Below, piece after piece: positions 39,819 through 49,628 of a DNA stretch of 64,000 nt; within the stretch, counting starts at the first letter, position 1; every line of letters starts with the position of its first letter. Source of the stretch: Candidatus Latescibacterota bacterium (GTDB lineage Bacteria > Latescibacterota > UBA2968 > GCA-2709665). The translations under genes were made by a program, and so were the position numbers. Location of the stretch: contig OZ250150.1 of assembly GCA_965237675.1 (NCBI GenBank), positions 2,016,001-2,080,000 of the forward strand, read 5' to 3'. The notes beneath the pieces were generated by a model. It saw only the letters and a program-made list of their open reading frames with translations, was not told where the DNA came from and did no database searches.

Positions 39819-41708
39819 TCAATCTCTGTCAAGACTGTATTTCTTTAGTTTACGGTGTAATGTCGCCCGATGGATGCCGAGCGCATGTGCGGCGCGCGTA
39901 ATGTTGTCGCCAGCGGCTTCCAGTGCCAGGAGCAGGGCCTGTCGCTCCACCTCGGCGAGAGGAAGGATAGCCGTCGGCGCGGCCCGGTCCTGTCCGGACG
40001 CAATTGCCGGAGACAGCTGAGGCGGCAGGTTGCCAGCCCGAATCACAGATGCCGTCTCCAGAAGCATGGCGCGCTCGATGGCGTTTTCCAATTCGCGTAC
40101 GTTTCCTGGCCATTCGTACTGTAGCAACAGACGCATGGCGGCCGTGGAGATGCCGTTAATGGATTTTTTCATGCGTACGGCGTATTTCTTCAGGAAGTGT
40201 TCGGCAAGCACGGGAATATCCTCACGACGCTCTCTAAGCGGCGGAATCGAAATGGGGAAGGCCGCCACTCGATAGAACAGATCCTCACGGAACTCGCCCG
40301 CCTTTACCGCGCGCTCCAGGTCTTTGTTGGTGGCCGTTATCACCCGGATGTCGACGGATATGGGGGCTGTTCCACCGATCCGCTGGATTTCCCGCTCCTG
40401 CAAAACCCGCAACAGCTTGCCCTGCAGGGTGTGCGGCAGGTCGCCGATTTCGTCGATAAGGATCGTGCCTGTGCCCGCACGCTCGAAGGCACCGGTTCTC
40501 CGCGTGGTTGCGCCCGTGAAAGCTCCTTTTTCATGTCCGAACAACTCGCTTTCGATGAGCGTTTCGGGAATTGTGGCGCAATCGAGGGCAACGAACGGAC
40601 CTTTTTTTCGCGAACTGTTAAAGTGAAACGACCTGGCAACCAGTTCTTTGCCGGTGCCGCTTTCGCCTCGGATCAGAACCGTAATATCGCTTTCGGTGGC
40701 CTGTTTCATGAGCGCGTACACACGCTGCATTCCTCTGCTCGTGCCTACCATTCCTGCAAAGGAATAGGTCGTTTCCAATTCCGTGCGCAGGCGCAGGACC
40801 TCGGCCTTCATCTGCTCGGCATCGATTTCCCTGGACACGTCCCGATACAAGACGAGGTTGCCGACTACGTGTCCCTGGTCGTCGCTAACCGGCGCGGCTG
40901 AGCGGTAAAACAGGCGTTGCTTCGGCAAGCCGCCGGCGCCGGTTGTTTCCACCACGTCTCCGCTGTCGAGGAGAACTCTGCCCTCCATGTGGCTCAGGTC
41001 AGGTTCCCGGAACCGCTCCTTGAAACGTGCCGAGAGAACACCCGGCGGGAATTTCTCCAGTTCGATTCCCTCCAGACCCAGCAGATTCAGGTACATCTCG
41101 TTGGCGAATACCAGGCGTCCGGTGACGTCGTGCATTGCGATAGCGTCGCCGGTAGCATTTAGCACCGCTTCCAGTCTTCCATGGCTGGCGGCAAGTTGCC
41201 GCCTTTGTTCCGCCAACTCTTGTTCGACGTTCCACTTTCCGACCAGCGACAGGGTAATTTGCTGTATTTCCTCGTGTGTAAAGGGTTTTCTTATGTAGAG
41301 CAGTTTGTGCAGCAATTCCATGTCGTAGACGATTTCGGGCAGCGACCTGTCGGTGTAAGCGGTCATAATGACAATTTCAATGTCGCGATCGATTTCTCTC
41401 ACCCTGCGCACTGTTTCAATGCCATCGATGCCTGGGGGCATTCGAATATCGATATAGGCCACGGCGACTGGGCGGTTCGATTCCCTTCCACCCCGGATGA
41501 TGTCGCATGCTTCCTCCCCGTTGTTCGCGTGCAGCAACTCGAACTCCGGGAGATAGTTTCCTTCCTGTTCGTGCACGAACGAAGCCGCCAGATCGTCATC
41601 CGACGGGCTCGCGACATCGGAACAAAGCATTTCCGCAAAGTCGTCGTGTATCTCGGGCTGATCATCGACGATCAGAACGCGATTGTTTCCGTGATTAAAG
41701 GATTCCAT
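39819..41708 (-). CDS. Sigma-54 enhancer-binding response regulator (REC-PAS-AAA+-Fis HTH)
   Basis: VLIVDD, DIRMP, PAS segment, GESGTGKE, GAFTGA, WPGNVREL, C-terminal HTH. Confidence 0.92.
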   Translation of the reverse strand: MESFNHGNNRVLIVDDQPEIHDDFAEMLCSDVASPSDDDLAASFVHEQEGNYLPEFELLHANNGEEACDIIRGGRESNRPVAVAYIDIRMPPGIDGIETVRRVREIDRDIEIVIMTAYTDRSLPEIVYDMELLHKLLYIRKPFTHEEIQQITLSLVGKWNVEQELAEQRRQLAASHGRLEAVLNATGDAIAMHDVTGRLVFANEMYLNLLGLEGIELEKFPPGVLSARFKERFREPDLSHMEGRVLLDSGDVVETTGAGGLPKQRLFYRSAAPVSDDQGHVVGNLVLYRDVSREIDAEQMKAEVLRLRTELETTYSFAGMVGTSRGMQRVYALMKQATESDITVLIRGESGTGKELVARSFHFNSSRKKGPFVALDCATIPETLIESELFGHEKGAFTGATTRRTGAFERAGTGTILIDEIGDLPHTLQGKLLRVLQEREIQRIGGTAPISVDIRVITATNKDLERAVKAGEFREDLFYRVAAFPISIPPLRERREDIPVLAEHFLKKYAVRMKKSINGISTAAMRLLLQYEWPGNVRELENAIERAMLLETASVIRAGNLPPQLSPAIASGQDRAAPTAILPLAEVERQALLLALEAAGDNITRAAHALGIHRATLHRKLKKYSLDRD

Positions 41709-41788
41709 CGACCACCTTCGTCCCCGTCCGGTTGACAAGTAATCTGAAAACGGCGCATTCATGTCTCATCCTGCCCTTCACGGTTTAC

Positions 41789-41805
41789 TGCACAAATTGT
41801 GCCAA
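41789..41805 (-). promoter_or_regulatory. Sigma-54 (-24/-12) promoter
   Basis: TTGGCACAATTTGTGCA on minus strand, GG-N10-GC. Confidence 0.72.
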
Positions 41806-42002
41806 CTATTCCTGAAAACGATCAATTCATTGAAGATTAGGGAGTTAGATCATACAGGAGAATGACGGAAGATCTTGCGAGTGTTGTATAATGCGTCGCC
41901 GTAGATCGTCAGGGTGACTGCATGTCAGTTGCAAAGAATATGTCATAAATAACTGTTTATAAGGAAATTATGAGAATAATCCTAAAGGAGTATGGAGGGA
42001 AT

Positions 42003-42036
42003 GTTGCAAATGACGACTAAAGTCGCTTTTTGCAAC
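42003..42036. promoter_or_regulatory. Palindromic candidate enhancer (UAS)
   Basis: GTTGCAAATGACGAC-TAAA-GTCGCTTTTTGCAAC about 200 bp upstream of the sigma-54 site. Confidence 0.5.
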
Positions 42037-42297
42037 GCAATGGCTGGGTTCTCTGTCTCGAGTTCTGCCTAACAACGAATAAAAAACTCCTGACGAACCG
42101 GTATTGCCCCGGGGCGGGAGCGAGAGCCACTCGAGTTCGGGGAAGAAGGCTTCCGGGCGCCGGCGCCAATGCTGCTTCCGCCCGCAGATGCAGGTCGTGA
42201 GTATGGTGTTCACGCCGCAATTCATGCGTGACCCGCCGGCGCGGACGGACGTTCACCAGGTACCGGATGCGAGCGTAAGAGGGCGTTTTTGCAATGG

Positions 42298-44415
42298 CTA
42301 TCCCGCATCTACCCGCGAGGTTACTGCGGAAAGCGGCAGCAAGACGCCCATGGTCGTTCCATGGCCCTTGCCTTCGCTCAACGGTTCGATTCGTCCACCG
42401 GAAGCAATGACGAAGTTGGCCGCCGAATGGAGGCCGAGCCCGCTGCCCGATTTCTTTGTGGTATAACCCGGGGTAAACAGCACCCCGGTGTCTTTGTTCT
42501 CGATACCGATGCCGTTGTCGATTATTTCAAGGTAAAGAAAGCCGTCGGCGACGCGGGCCGTTATCCTTATGTGGGGCGTTTCCTGGAGTCCGAACAAAAC
42601 GGCATGTTCATCGATGGCTTCAATCGAATTCTTGACCAGGTTGACCAGCATCTGGTGAAACTGGCTCTCACGGACGCGAATCTCCTGCGGCGCATTACCA
42701 CAGTCTACGTCGGTCTGGATCCCCCTTCTGTTGAGTGAGTCTCTCAACACCCTGAATGCACCCGAGAGTGCGTCGTAGAGATCGATATCCTTTCGATCCA
42801 TATCGGAACCGTCGAGGGCCTTTTGGGTGCGGATGATATCGGCGATGCGATTGGCGCGATCCCTGACGCGCACGACCGTCTTCATCAGTTCGTCATTTCT
42901 CCTGCCGAAGTCTTCGGCGAGGTTGATGATGAACGGCATCACCTTTCGGCCCTGTGGGTCGTTGGCAATATAGCCGATCCAATCGCCCTGGTGCGCGCCA
43001 ATAGCGTCGGCGAGTGCGAACAGGCGGCGTCCGGCGCGGTCATTGGTCAAATTTCGGCGGACGGTCTCGATTCCTGTGGTGACACTGTTCATTGCGTTGC
43101 CGATGTTGTGGAGAATGGTATCGACCATCTCCAGGCGCCCCTGGTCGAATGCCTGCGCCAAGGACTCCTCGACGAGGACGCGCTCGGTAACATCGCGGAA
43201 GATAACCACGCCGCCCCTGATTTCTCCCATGTTGTCGAGAAGGGGCCGTCCGCTCATCCGGATGTAGACGCCATCCGGCTTCTTCTCGTTCCGTATGAAT
43301 ACCTCCTCCTCGTCCGTGGACTCGCCGCGGCGAATGGCTCGCATAAGCGGCAGATCCTCCGTCTTCATGGGTGTTTCCCGATTGGGATAGTATGCGCCGC
43401 ATTTCTCGGCCCACTTGTCGGGGGGTTCGTCGGTTATATCCATTCCCAAGATTTGTTGTGCGCCAGGATTGACATAGAGGAACTTTCCCGCTGAATCAGC
43501 GACGGCGATGCCGTCACTGATACTCTTGAAAGTGGTTTCCATGAGTTCGCTCTGGTTGCGGAGTTCCCTGATGGTTGTCTCCAATTCCGCAGCCGAACGT
43601 TTCGGCCAGGTAACGTCGCGGAACACGAACACGGCGCCTCTCGAAACACCGGTTTCCCGCATCAAGGGCCTGCTGCTCACCCTGATATGGACGCCCTCCT
43701 GCTTCTGGTCGTTCCGTATGAACGCCTCGACCTCGTCGACGGGCTCGCCTTTGAGCGCGGAATACAGCGGGTTCTGGTCGAACGGAAAGTGTGTCTTTCC
43801 GTCCGGTTGAAAAACACCGTATTTTTCGGGCCACCGGACGATATCCGTTTCGAGGGGATGGTCGCCAACAATGCGTAGCCCGCTCGAATTGTGAAATAGA
43901 ATGGTCCCGTCTTCACTTATGGCCACCACACCCTCGCTCATGCTATTGAATACGGTTTCCAGGAGTTCCGTGTGGTATCTCAATTTATCGATTGTACGTT
44001 CCAACCCGATTCGAGTCTCTCGGTGATTGCGTTCCCTCTCGTGCAGGAGGACTGCGGTCTGGATGTTCAGTTGGAGTTGGCCAGCGTCGAAAGGCTTAAG
44101 CACGTATCCGTACGGATTCGTTGCCTGCGCCCGTTCAATCAGTTCTCCCCTGGTGGTGTCAGTCAGGTACACAACGGGAACATCGTACCGGCCGCCAAGC
44201 AGTTCGGCTACTTCAGGACCGGTTTGGTCCCCGACAAGCCCGAGATTGACCAGCGCCAAGTGGGGTCGGGCGTTCTCGGCGATTTCGACAGCCTCGCGCG
44301 CGCCCTCAACCGTCGCGGATACAGTGTATCCCATATTCTTCAGGCATTCCTTCAGATCCGATGCGAAGGGTTGGTCGTGTTCTACAATCAGAATCTTTGG
44401 AATTGGATTCGACAT
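42298..44415 (-). CDS. Cytoplasmic histidine kinase (REC-PAS-PAS-HisKA-HATPase)
   Basis: N-terminal receiver fold, two related PAS repeats, LHNIGN H-box, NLVKNS, DNGIG, GSGLGL. Confidence 0.9.
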   Translation of the reverse strand: MSNPIPKILIVEHDQPFASDLKECLKNMGYTVSATVEGAREAVEIAENARPHLALVNLGLVGDQTGPEVAELLGGRYDVPVVYLTDTTRGELIERAQATNPYGYVLKPFDAGQLQLNIQTAVLLHERERNHRETRIGLERTIDKLRYHTELLETVFNSMSEGVVAISEDGTILFHNSSGLRIVGDHPLETDIVRWPEKYGVFQPDGKTHFPFDQNPLYSALKGEPVDEVEAFIRNDQKQEGVHIRVSSRPLMRETGVSRGAVFVFRDVTWPKRSAAELETTIRELRNQSELMETTFKSISDGIAVADSAGKFLYVNPGAQQILGMDITDEPPDKWAEKCGAYYPNRETPMKTEDLPLMRAIRRGESTDEEEVFIRNEKKPDGVYIRMSGRPLLDNMGEIRGGVVIFRDVTERVLVEESLAQAFDQGRLEMVDTILHNIGNAMNSVTTGIETVRRNLTNDRAGRRLFALADAIGAHQGDWIGYIANDPQGRKVMPFIINLAEDFGRRNDELMKTVVRVRDRANRIADIIRTQKALDGSDMDRKDIDLYDALSGAFRVLRDSLNRRGIQTDVDCGNAPQEIRVRESQFHQMLVNLVKNSIEAIDEHAVLFGLQETPHIRITARVADGFLYLEIIDNGIGIENKDTGVLFTPGYTTKKSGSGLGLHSAANFVIASGGRIEPLSEGKGHGTTMGVLLPLSAVTSRVDAG

Positions 44416-44613
44416 ACTTTGCACTTTCTCTATTGGCTTATCGTATTCGCGGGTGAATCGATGCCGGCGCCCAACGCTGGTTTGAACCGCATGGGTCCGA
44501 ACGCCACCGGACAAAACGCATGCGTACGTAACAAGGGCGCCGCCAAACTCGTACGTCTTCTTGACGCTGCCATGGCCTACGCATCTAACACCGCCCCGAC
44601 CCCTTCCGCCTAT

Positions 44614-45846
44614 TCATTCCGCCTGCGGTTTTTCCCAGGACACCCGCATCCCCCGCTTTCGAAATTCAGCAATATGCGTTCGTATCGACTCCCCTGTTAG
44701 GGGATTGCCGCGGACAATCAGCCTCGCCAGGTTGTTGAGCCCGGAAAGGGCGGATATGTCCATGATGCGGTTTTGCCCAAGATTCAGGGTTTCCAGGTTA
44801 ACCAGACCGGACAGAGACTTTATGTCGCTGATGGCGTTGTTGTGAAGGTACAGGTGTTCGAGATTGGCCAACCCGGAGAGGGGCGACAGGTCCGTAATGC
44901 CGTTATGACCGAGATGCAGCCTTTCGAGTTTTCTCAATGGGGACAACAGCCTCAAATCGCTGATGCCGTTCCTGTCAACGTACAGTCGGGTCAGGTTGGT
45001 CAATCCCGACAGCGGCGAGAGGTCACTGATGCCGTTTCTATCCAGGTCCAGTTCTTTCAGGTTCTTCAACCCGGATAGAGGTTTCAGGTCACTGATGCCG
45101 TTGCTGTCAAGCCGCAGCCCGGTCAGGCTGGTCAGTCCAGATAGGGGCGCCATGTCGCTGATGCCGTTGCTGTCCAGATCCAGTTCCTTCAGGTTTTTCA
45201 GTTCGGACAGAGGCGCTATGTCACTGATGCCGTTGCCTTCAAGTCGCAGCCCCGTCAGGCTGGTCAGCCCGGACAGGGGTGACAGGTCGCTGATGCCGTT
45301 GCTGTCCAGATCCAGTCCCTTCAGGTTTTTCAGTTCGGACAGAGGCTCTATATTGCTGATGCCATTGCCTTCAAGACGCAACCTTTTCAGGTTGGTCAGC
45401 CCCGACAGGGGCGATACGTCACTGATGCCGTTATCACCCAGGTACAGCCTTTCGAGGGTTTTCAACTCCGACAGAGGCCCTATGTCGCTGATGCGGTTGC
45501 CATCAAGACGCAGCCTTGTAAGATTGGTCAGGCCGGACAGGGGTGAAAGATCGCTGATGTCGTTGGCGTCAAAATTCAGCGACACCAGGTTTTTTGCATG
45601 CTCAAGTCCGTCCAGATGAACGATACTGTCGCGCTGCGCTGCCAGACGTGTTAATGTTGCCAGATCGGCCGCGGTGATCGGCTCACCGTCCGGCTTGTTC
45701 AGGGAATTCCGAACAACCGCTTGCAAACGTTTGTCTGGAAACAAAAACAGCGTGGATTCGGGAGCCGGAGGTTTGGCGACTTCCCGCGGTCCGGCGCAAC
45801 CGGGAAAGCCAAAGACGGCCGCCGACAATATGACTCTGTAGATCAT
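44614..45846 (-). CDS. Internalin-like leucine-rich repeat protein, probable lipoprotein
   Basis: Signal peptide ending FPGC, FPDKRLQAVVR cap, about 14 tandem 22-aa LxxLxxLxLxxNxIxDLxPL repeats; start uncertain (45846-45858). Confidence 0.9.
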   Translation of the reverse strand: MIYRVILSAAVFGFPGCAGPREVAKPPAPESTLFLFPDKRLQAVVRNSLNKPDGEPITAADLATLTRLAAQRDSIVHLDGLEHAKNLVSLNFDANDISDLSPLSGLTNLTRLRLDGNRISDIGPLSELKTLERLYLGDNGISDVSPLSGLTNLKRLRLEGNGISNIEPLSELKNLKGLDLDSNGISDLSPLSGLTSLTGLRLEGNGISDIAPLSELKNLKELDLDSNGISDMAPLSGLTSLTGLRLDSNGISDLKPLSGLKNLKELDLDRNGISDLSPLSGLTNLTRLYVDRNGISDLRLLSPLRKLERLHLGHNGITDLSPLSGLANLEHLYLHNNAISDIKSLSGLVNLETLNLGQNRIMDISALSGLNNLARLIVRGNPLTGESIRTHIAEFRKRGMRVSWEKPQAE

Positions 45847-46006
45847 GCGCATCTCCATTTTTGCTGTCTGGCGCCGCCGCGTGCGTGTTCCTGGCGACGA
45901 GCCGGGCATAGTTTTACCCACTCGATCCCGGAAACCGGGGTCTCCGCGATTACACATGTGTCCACTGATTGGTGACAATATGGTTAGGTTGAAGAATTCG
46001 CCTGTG

Positions 46007-46035
46007 AAGATAGGGTGAAAGCATCGCTTTGACAA
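46007..46035 (-). promoter_or_regulatory. Putative sigma-70 promoter for the LRR gene
   Basis: TTGTCA-N17-TATCTT. Confidence 0.5.
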
Positions 46036-46037
46036 TT

Positions 46038-46066
46038 CAAAACCGAAACGGCCCGGGCCGTTCGGC
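46038..46066 (-). terminator. Intrinsic terminator at the end of the minus-strand array
   Basis: CCGAACGGCC-CG-GGCCGTTTCGG followed by TTTT on minus strand. Confidence 0.55.
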
Positions 46067-46167
46067 TTCGGACCGACAGGAGAGGAGGGGAAGAGGTCTG
46101 GTGGGTTGGTAACGATTGGGGTGCGCGGATGCGGCGGTCCTTCAGGGGTTCCCGGCCAGTTGGTTTC

Positions 46168-46611
46168 TTAATCCGACTGATGGACGAAAATAAGTCCAGT
46201 AACGAAGAAACCTAATATCGTTCCGACTGCAACGCCCGCCACAAAAACAGGTAATTCACGAACCAATTCACGATATTCGATGCTCTCGATGTCTGAATAG
46301 TGCAACGTTAACTCCCGACTGACAGTACCACGGGCATAAAACACGATAGGGGTTACTGTCAGTGACGTTAGACCGATCTTTTCAATAATACCCTCGATAA
46401 CTTCACCGTTTGTCGGCCCACGGGCACCCTCGCGAATTCTTATCCTTACGCGCATGCCCTCTTTGAGTTTCCCCAGAACCAGCTCTTGCATCGGAGTCTT
46501 TTTGTCCCACCAGGGGACCCCGCTCCCGCGATCCAGGGGTCGCCATGTACTGCATCCGACCGTTTGCAGCGCAATCGCTATGATCAAAACGATATTAATC
46601 GCGCGTATCAT
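46168..46611 (-). CDS. Lipoprotein with Sm-like domain and C-terminal TM helix (paralog 1)
   Basis: Lipobox TVGC; KLKEGMRVRI..G.IEKI....LTV...LHYSDIESIEY; GVAVGTILG helix; GAGGAGG RBS. Confidence 0.75.
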   Translation of the reverse strand: MIRAINIVLIIAIALQTVGCSTWRPLDRGSGVPWWDKKTPMQELVLGKLKEGMRVRIRIREGARGPTNGEVIEGIIEKIGLTSLTVTPIVFYARGTVSRELTLHYSDIESIEYRELVRELPVFVAGVAVGTILGFFVTGLIFVHQSD

Positions 46612-46776
46612 TCTGTAGCCTCCTCACACTAAGACAGCGTGACGGCATTGTTCTCCGCCACAGGTGCGGTTAGCCTTCGCGACGAAGGGGAAACCCCCGA
46701 CGGAGATCCGTGAGGTGGTCGCGATTGGCGTTCCGCCGACGGGGCGGCACTGCCGGTATTCCGGTTAGTTGTGTTG

Positions 46777-47223
46777 TTAGTCCAACTGGATCCCAGATAG
46801 TCCATAAAGAAAGAGGAAGAAACCCAATACCGTTCCGACTGCAACGCCCGCCACAAAAACAGTTAATCCACGATTCGATTCGCGATATTCGATACTCTCG
46901 ATGTCTGGATAGTTCAACGTTAGCCTCCGACTGACATTATCGGGGAAAAAATATGTCGAAGCGGTTAATGTCAGCGTCGTTTTCCCGATCTTTTCAACTA
47001 TACATTCGAGAACTTGGCCTTTGATCGGAGCAGGGGTACCCTCGAGAATCCTTATCCTTACGCGCATACCTTCTTTGAGATTCCCCAGAACCAGCTCTTG
47101 CATGGAAGACTGTCTGTCATCCTCGGAGACCTCGTTCACGCGAGCCAGGGGTCGCCATGTACTGCATCCGACCGTTTGCAACGCAATCGCTACGATCAAG
47201 ACGATATTGATGGCGCGTATCAT
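46777..47223 (-). CDS. Lipoprotein with Sm-like domain and C-terminal TM helix (paralog 2)
   Basis: Close paralog of 46168..46611; GAGGAGG RBS. Confidence 0.75.
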   Translation of the reverse strand: MIRAINIVLIVAIALQTVGCSTWRPLARVNEVSEDDRQSSMQELVLGNLKEGMRVRIRILEGTPAPIKGQVLECIVEKIGKTTLTLTASTYFFPDNVSRRLTLNYPDIESIEYRESNRGLTVFVAGVAVGTVLGFFLFLYGLSGIQLD

Positions 47224-47331
47224 TCTTTCGCCTCCTCGATTCGTGGGGATGCGACGATTTTATTGATCATGGAATCGGCCATCTGTGTGTGTTGCCCGTC
47301 GGACATCTCGGCATAAAAGCCGGCCTTTCGT

Positions 47332-48300
47332 TCAGAGATACAGCGCGACGCTGAAGACATGGATCCTTTGATCTCTCACAGACCCGCCAAAGCCCCTGTT
47401 GGCGTAATCCACGGCGATTCCACTGCCGCCTGCTGTGGTAAAATCGAATCCGAAACCCAACGCGATGGGAGTCCGGGATTTTTGTCCTGCTCGCAGCGAA
47501 ATGGCAAGTGAATACCCCGGAGCCAATGAAGTAATATGGGTATACTCCACACCCGTGTGCAGTGCGGATTGACCGTGGGGATAGAAGGGTCTGGTCAGGT
47601 CAACGGCGATGTCGAGGCGATACGGGAAGGGCTCGAAACCCATCGTCGATATCAAATCGATGAGCACCCCCGCCCGGACCTGCTTCGGAACGGCAATGCG
47701 CTCTGGCTCGCCCATTGCTCCGGTGCTCAGGTTTCGTGCGCCCAGCGCGATCATCGCATTCCGGGACTCCGTGGCGAAATACGCGCCGAGATCGAGGGCA
47801 AAAGCGTTCCAGGTCCCGTCCCCATACCCTTCGCGGATCAACTTGACAGCGGTACCCAGCGCAAATCGGTCGTTCATCTCCGCTCCCCAGGCGCCGGTAA
47901 CGGCGTAGTTTTTAACGTCCAGGGTCGTGCTGCTTCGGTTATCGTAAATGGTAGTGCGTCCGGCGTCGAAGTTCTGCAACGAAAGTCCGAACGTTCCTGC
48001 CTTCGATACCCTCCCCGCAATGCATGCTACGTGTTTTTTGGTACGACCATACCAATCCACATACGTATAAGTCGCGTCTATCCTCTCCACGAAGGCGAGC
48101 CCCGCCGGATTATACACCATGGTCGAGGCGCTTCCCACCGACGCGACGCCGGTTGCGCCAAGCGCTTCGTCACGGGCGCCGTTGGGCAACAGGAGAAAGG
48201 TGAACCCAACTCTGCGATCGGGTAGTCCCTGGGCGAATCCCTTGTCTGCCATCAGTCCGGCAGATAGCACACATAGTCCCAACGCGATGAACTGTCTCAT
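47332..48300 (-). CDS. PorV/PorQ-like outer membrane beta-barrel
   Basis: Signal peptide, GFTFLLLPNGARDEALG, YNPAGLA, amphipathic strands; GGAGG RBS before ATG 48300. Confidence 0.8.
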   Translation of the reverse strand: MRQFIALGLCVLSAGLMADKGFAQGLPDRRVGFTFLLLPNGARDEALGATGVASVGSASTMVYNPAGLAFVERIDATYTYVDWYGRTKKHVACIAGRVSKAGTFGLSLQNFDAGRTTIYDNRSSTTLDVKNYAVTGAWGAEMNDRFALGTAVKLIREGYGDGTWNAFALDLGAYFATESRNAMIALGARNLSTGAMGEPERIAVPKQVRAGVLIDLISTMGFEPFPYRLDIAVDLTRPFYPHGQSALHTGVEYTHITSLAPGYSLAISLRAGQKSRTPIALGFGFDFTTAGGSGIAVDYANRGFGGSVRDQRIHVFSVALYL

Positions 48301-48397
48301 GATCTGCCAGCCTCCAGAATGGATTGCCGTACAAGAAACCTGGAATGCCATACGGCGTGGAAAAGAGGTTCTCCCGTTGCCACCGAGCCACTTCTGA

Positions 48398-49435
48398 TCA
48401 CATCTCGATTGAGACGCTTAGCAACTGCACGCGATCGTCCTTGATCTCCTCATTAATGATCGCCCCAATATAGGAGTCAACCGCGACGCCCAGACCCCTT
48501 CTGACGTAATCCACGGCAATCCGCCGGCCGCTCGCCGACCTGAATTCCAGCCCGCCGCCCCATCCAAAGGGATTCGGGGATGCGTACCCTCCTCGAATGG
48601 AAATACCGAGTGAATATCCGCCTGCTCGTCGCATCAAATACGTATATTCGACACCCACGCGCAGCGTGGTGTCACCTGACGTTCGGATAGGCTTGTAGAG
48701 GTCGGCGGCCAGGTCCAGGTAGTGCGGAAAGGGTTCCAGACCCAGCGTGGAGATCAGATCGATGAGTACCCCGGCGCGGATACGCTTCGGTACGACGTAT
48801 TCCTCCGGCTCGCCCAGAAAGCCACCAGTCAGGTTCCGCGCGCCCACGGCGATGATTGTATTGCGGGACTTCGACGCGTAGTACGCGCCCAGATCGAAGG
48901 CAAAGACATTTTCATTCCTGACCGTAAACGCCTCATGGATGAGCTTGAGGGTGGATCCGATCGCAAATCGATCGGCAATCCTCCAGCCGCAGGCGCCGGA
49001 AACGGCATACTGGTTTACATCTTCAGTGCGTAATCCTCGATCGTAATTCTGGACTGAAAGACCGAGCGACCATCTTTCGGCTGCATTCGCGGCAATCCCG
49101 ACGACATAGTTCCTTTCATTATATTCCAGGTCCGCGTATCCCTGCTCGGCCGAGATCCAAACGTTGTCAGCTTTCCGGTTCGTGTTCGCGAATGTTAAGC
49201 CCGCATCCAATCCCACCACGAAGGCGAGGCCCGCCGGATTGTACATAATGGCCATAGCACTCCCGATGGTACTCACGCCGGTTGCGCCTAACGCTTCGTC
49301 ACGGGCGCTGAAGGGTTGCCGCAGAAAGTGAAAACCCGTGTATTGGGCGGGCGTCTCCTGAGCGTATCCTCGTTGTGCCATTGGACAGGCGCAGAGTGCG
49401 CAGAATATAGTCAGAATAATGCGTCTCATCGTCAT
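48398..49435 (-). CDS. PorV/PorQ-like outer membrane beta-barrel (paralog)
   Basis: GFHFLRQPFSARDEALG, YNPAGLA, AFDLGAYY. Confidence 0.8.
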   Translation of the reverse strand: MTMRRIILTIFCALCACPMAQRGYAQETPAQYTGFHFLRQPFSARDEALGATGVSTIGSAMAIMYNPAGLAFVVGLDAGLTFANTNRKADNVWISAEQGYADLEYNERNYVVGIAANAAERWSLGLSVQNYDRGLRTEDVNQYAVSGACGWRIADRFAIGSTLKLIHEAFTVRNENVFAFDLGAYYASKSRNTIIAVGARNLTGGFLGEPEEYVVPKRIRAGVLIDLISTLGLEPFPHYLDLAADLYKPIRTSGDTTLRVGVEYTYLMRRAGGYSLGISIRGGYASPNPFGWGGGLEFRSASGRRIAVDYVRRGLGVAVDSYIGAIINEEIKDDRVQLLSVSIEM

Positions 49436-49628
49436 TCACCCTTCGTGATTGGTTGCCGCACCGAACCTGGAGACTATCGAACCGCATCGAAACTGAACGT
49501 CACCCTAGGGCGCTGTGGGCGACGCGAAATTTCTACGGAGTTACCGTGTACGACCCGTTGAGACCACCGGAGGCCGGGAACGACGCTGAATGCCGCTTCC
49601 CGACGGTGCCCGGGTCCAATGTTGGCTT

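Noticed and set aside
44700-45620. CRISPR-like periodic repeats
   Set aside because: The 66-bp periodicity is the coding LRR repeat; no unique spacers or cas genes.
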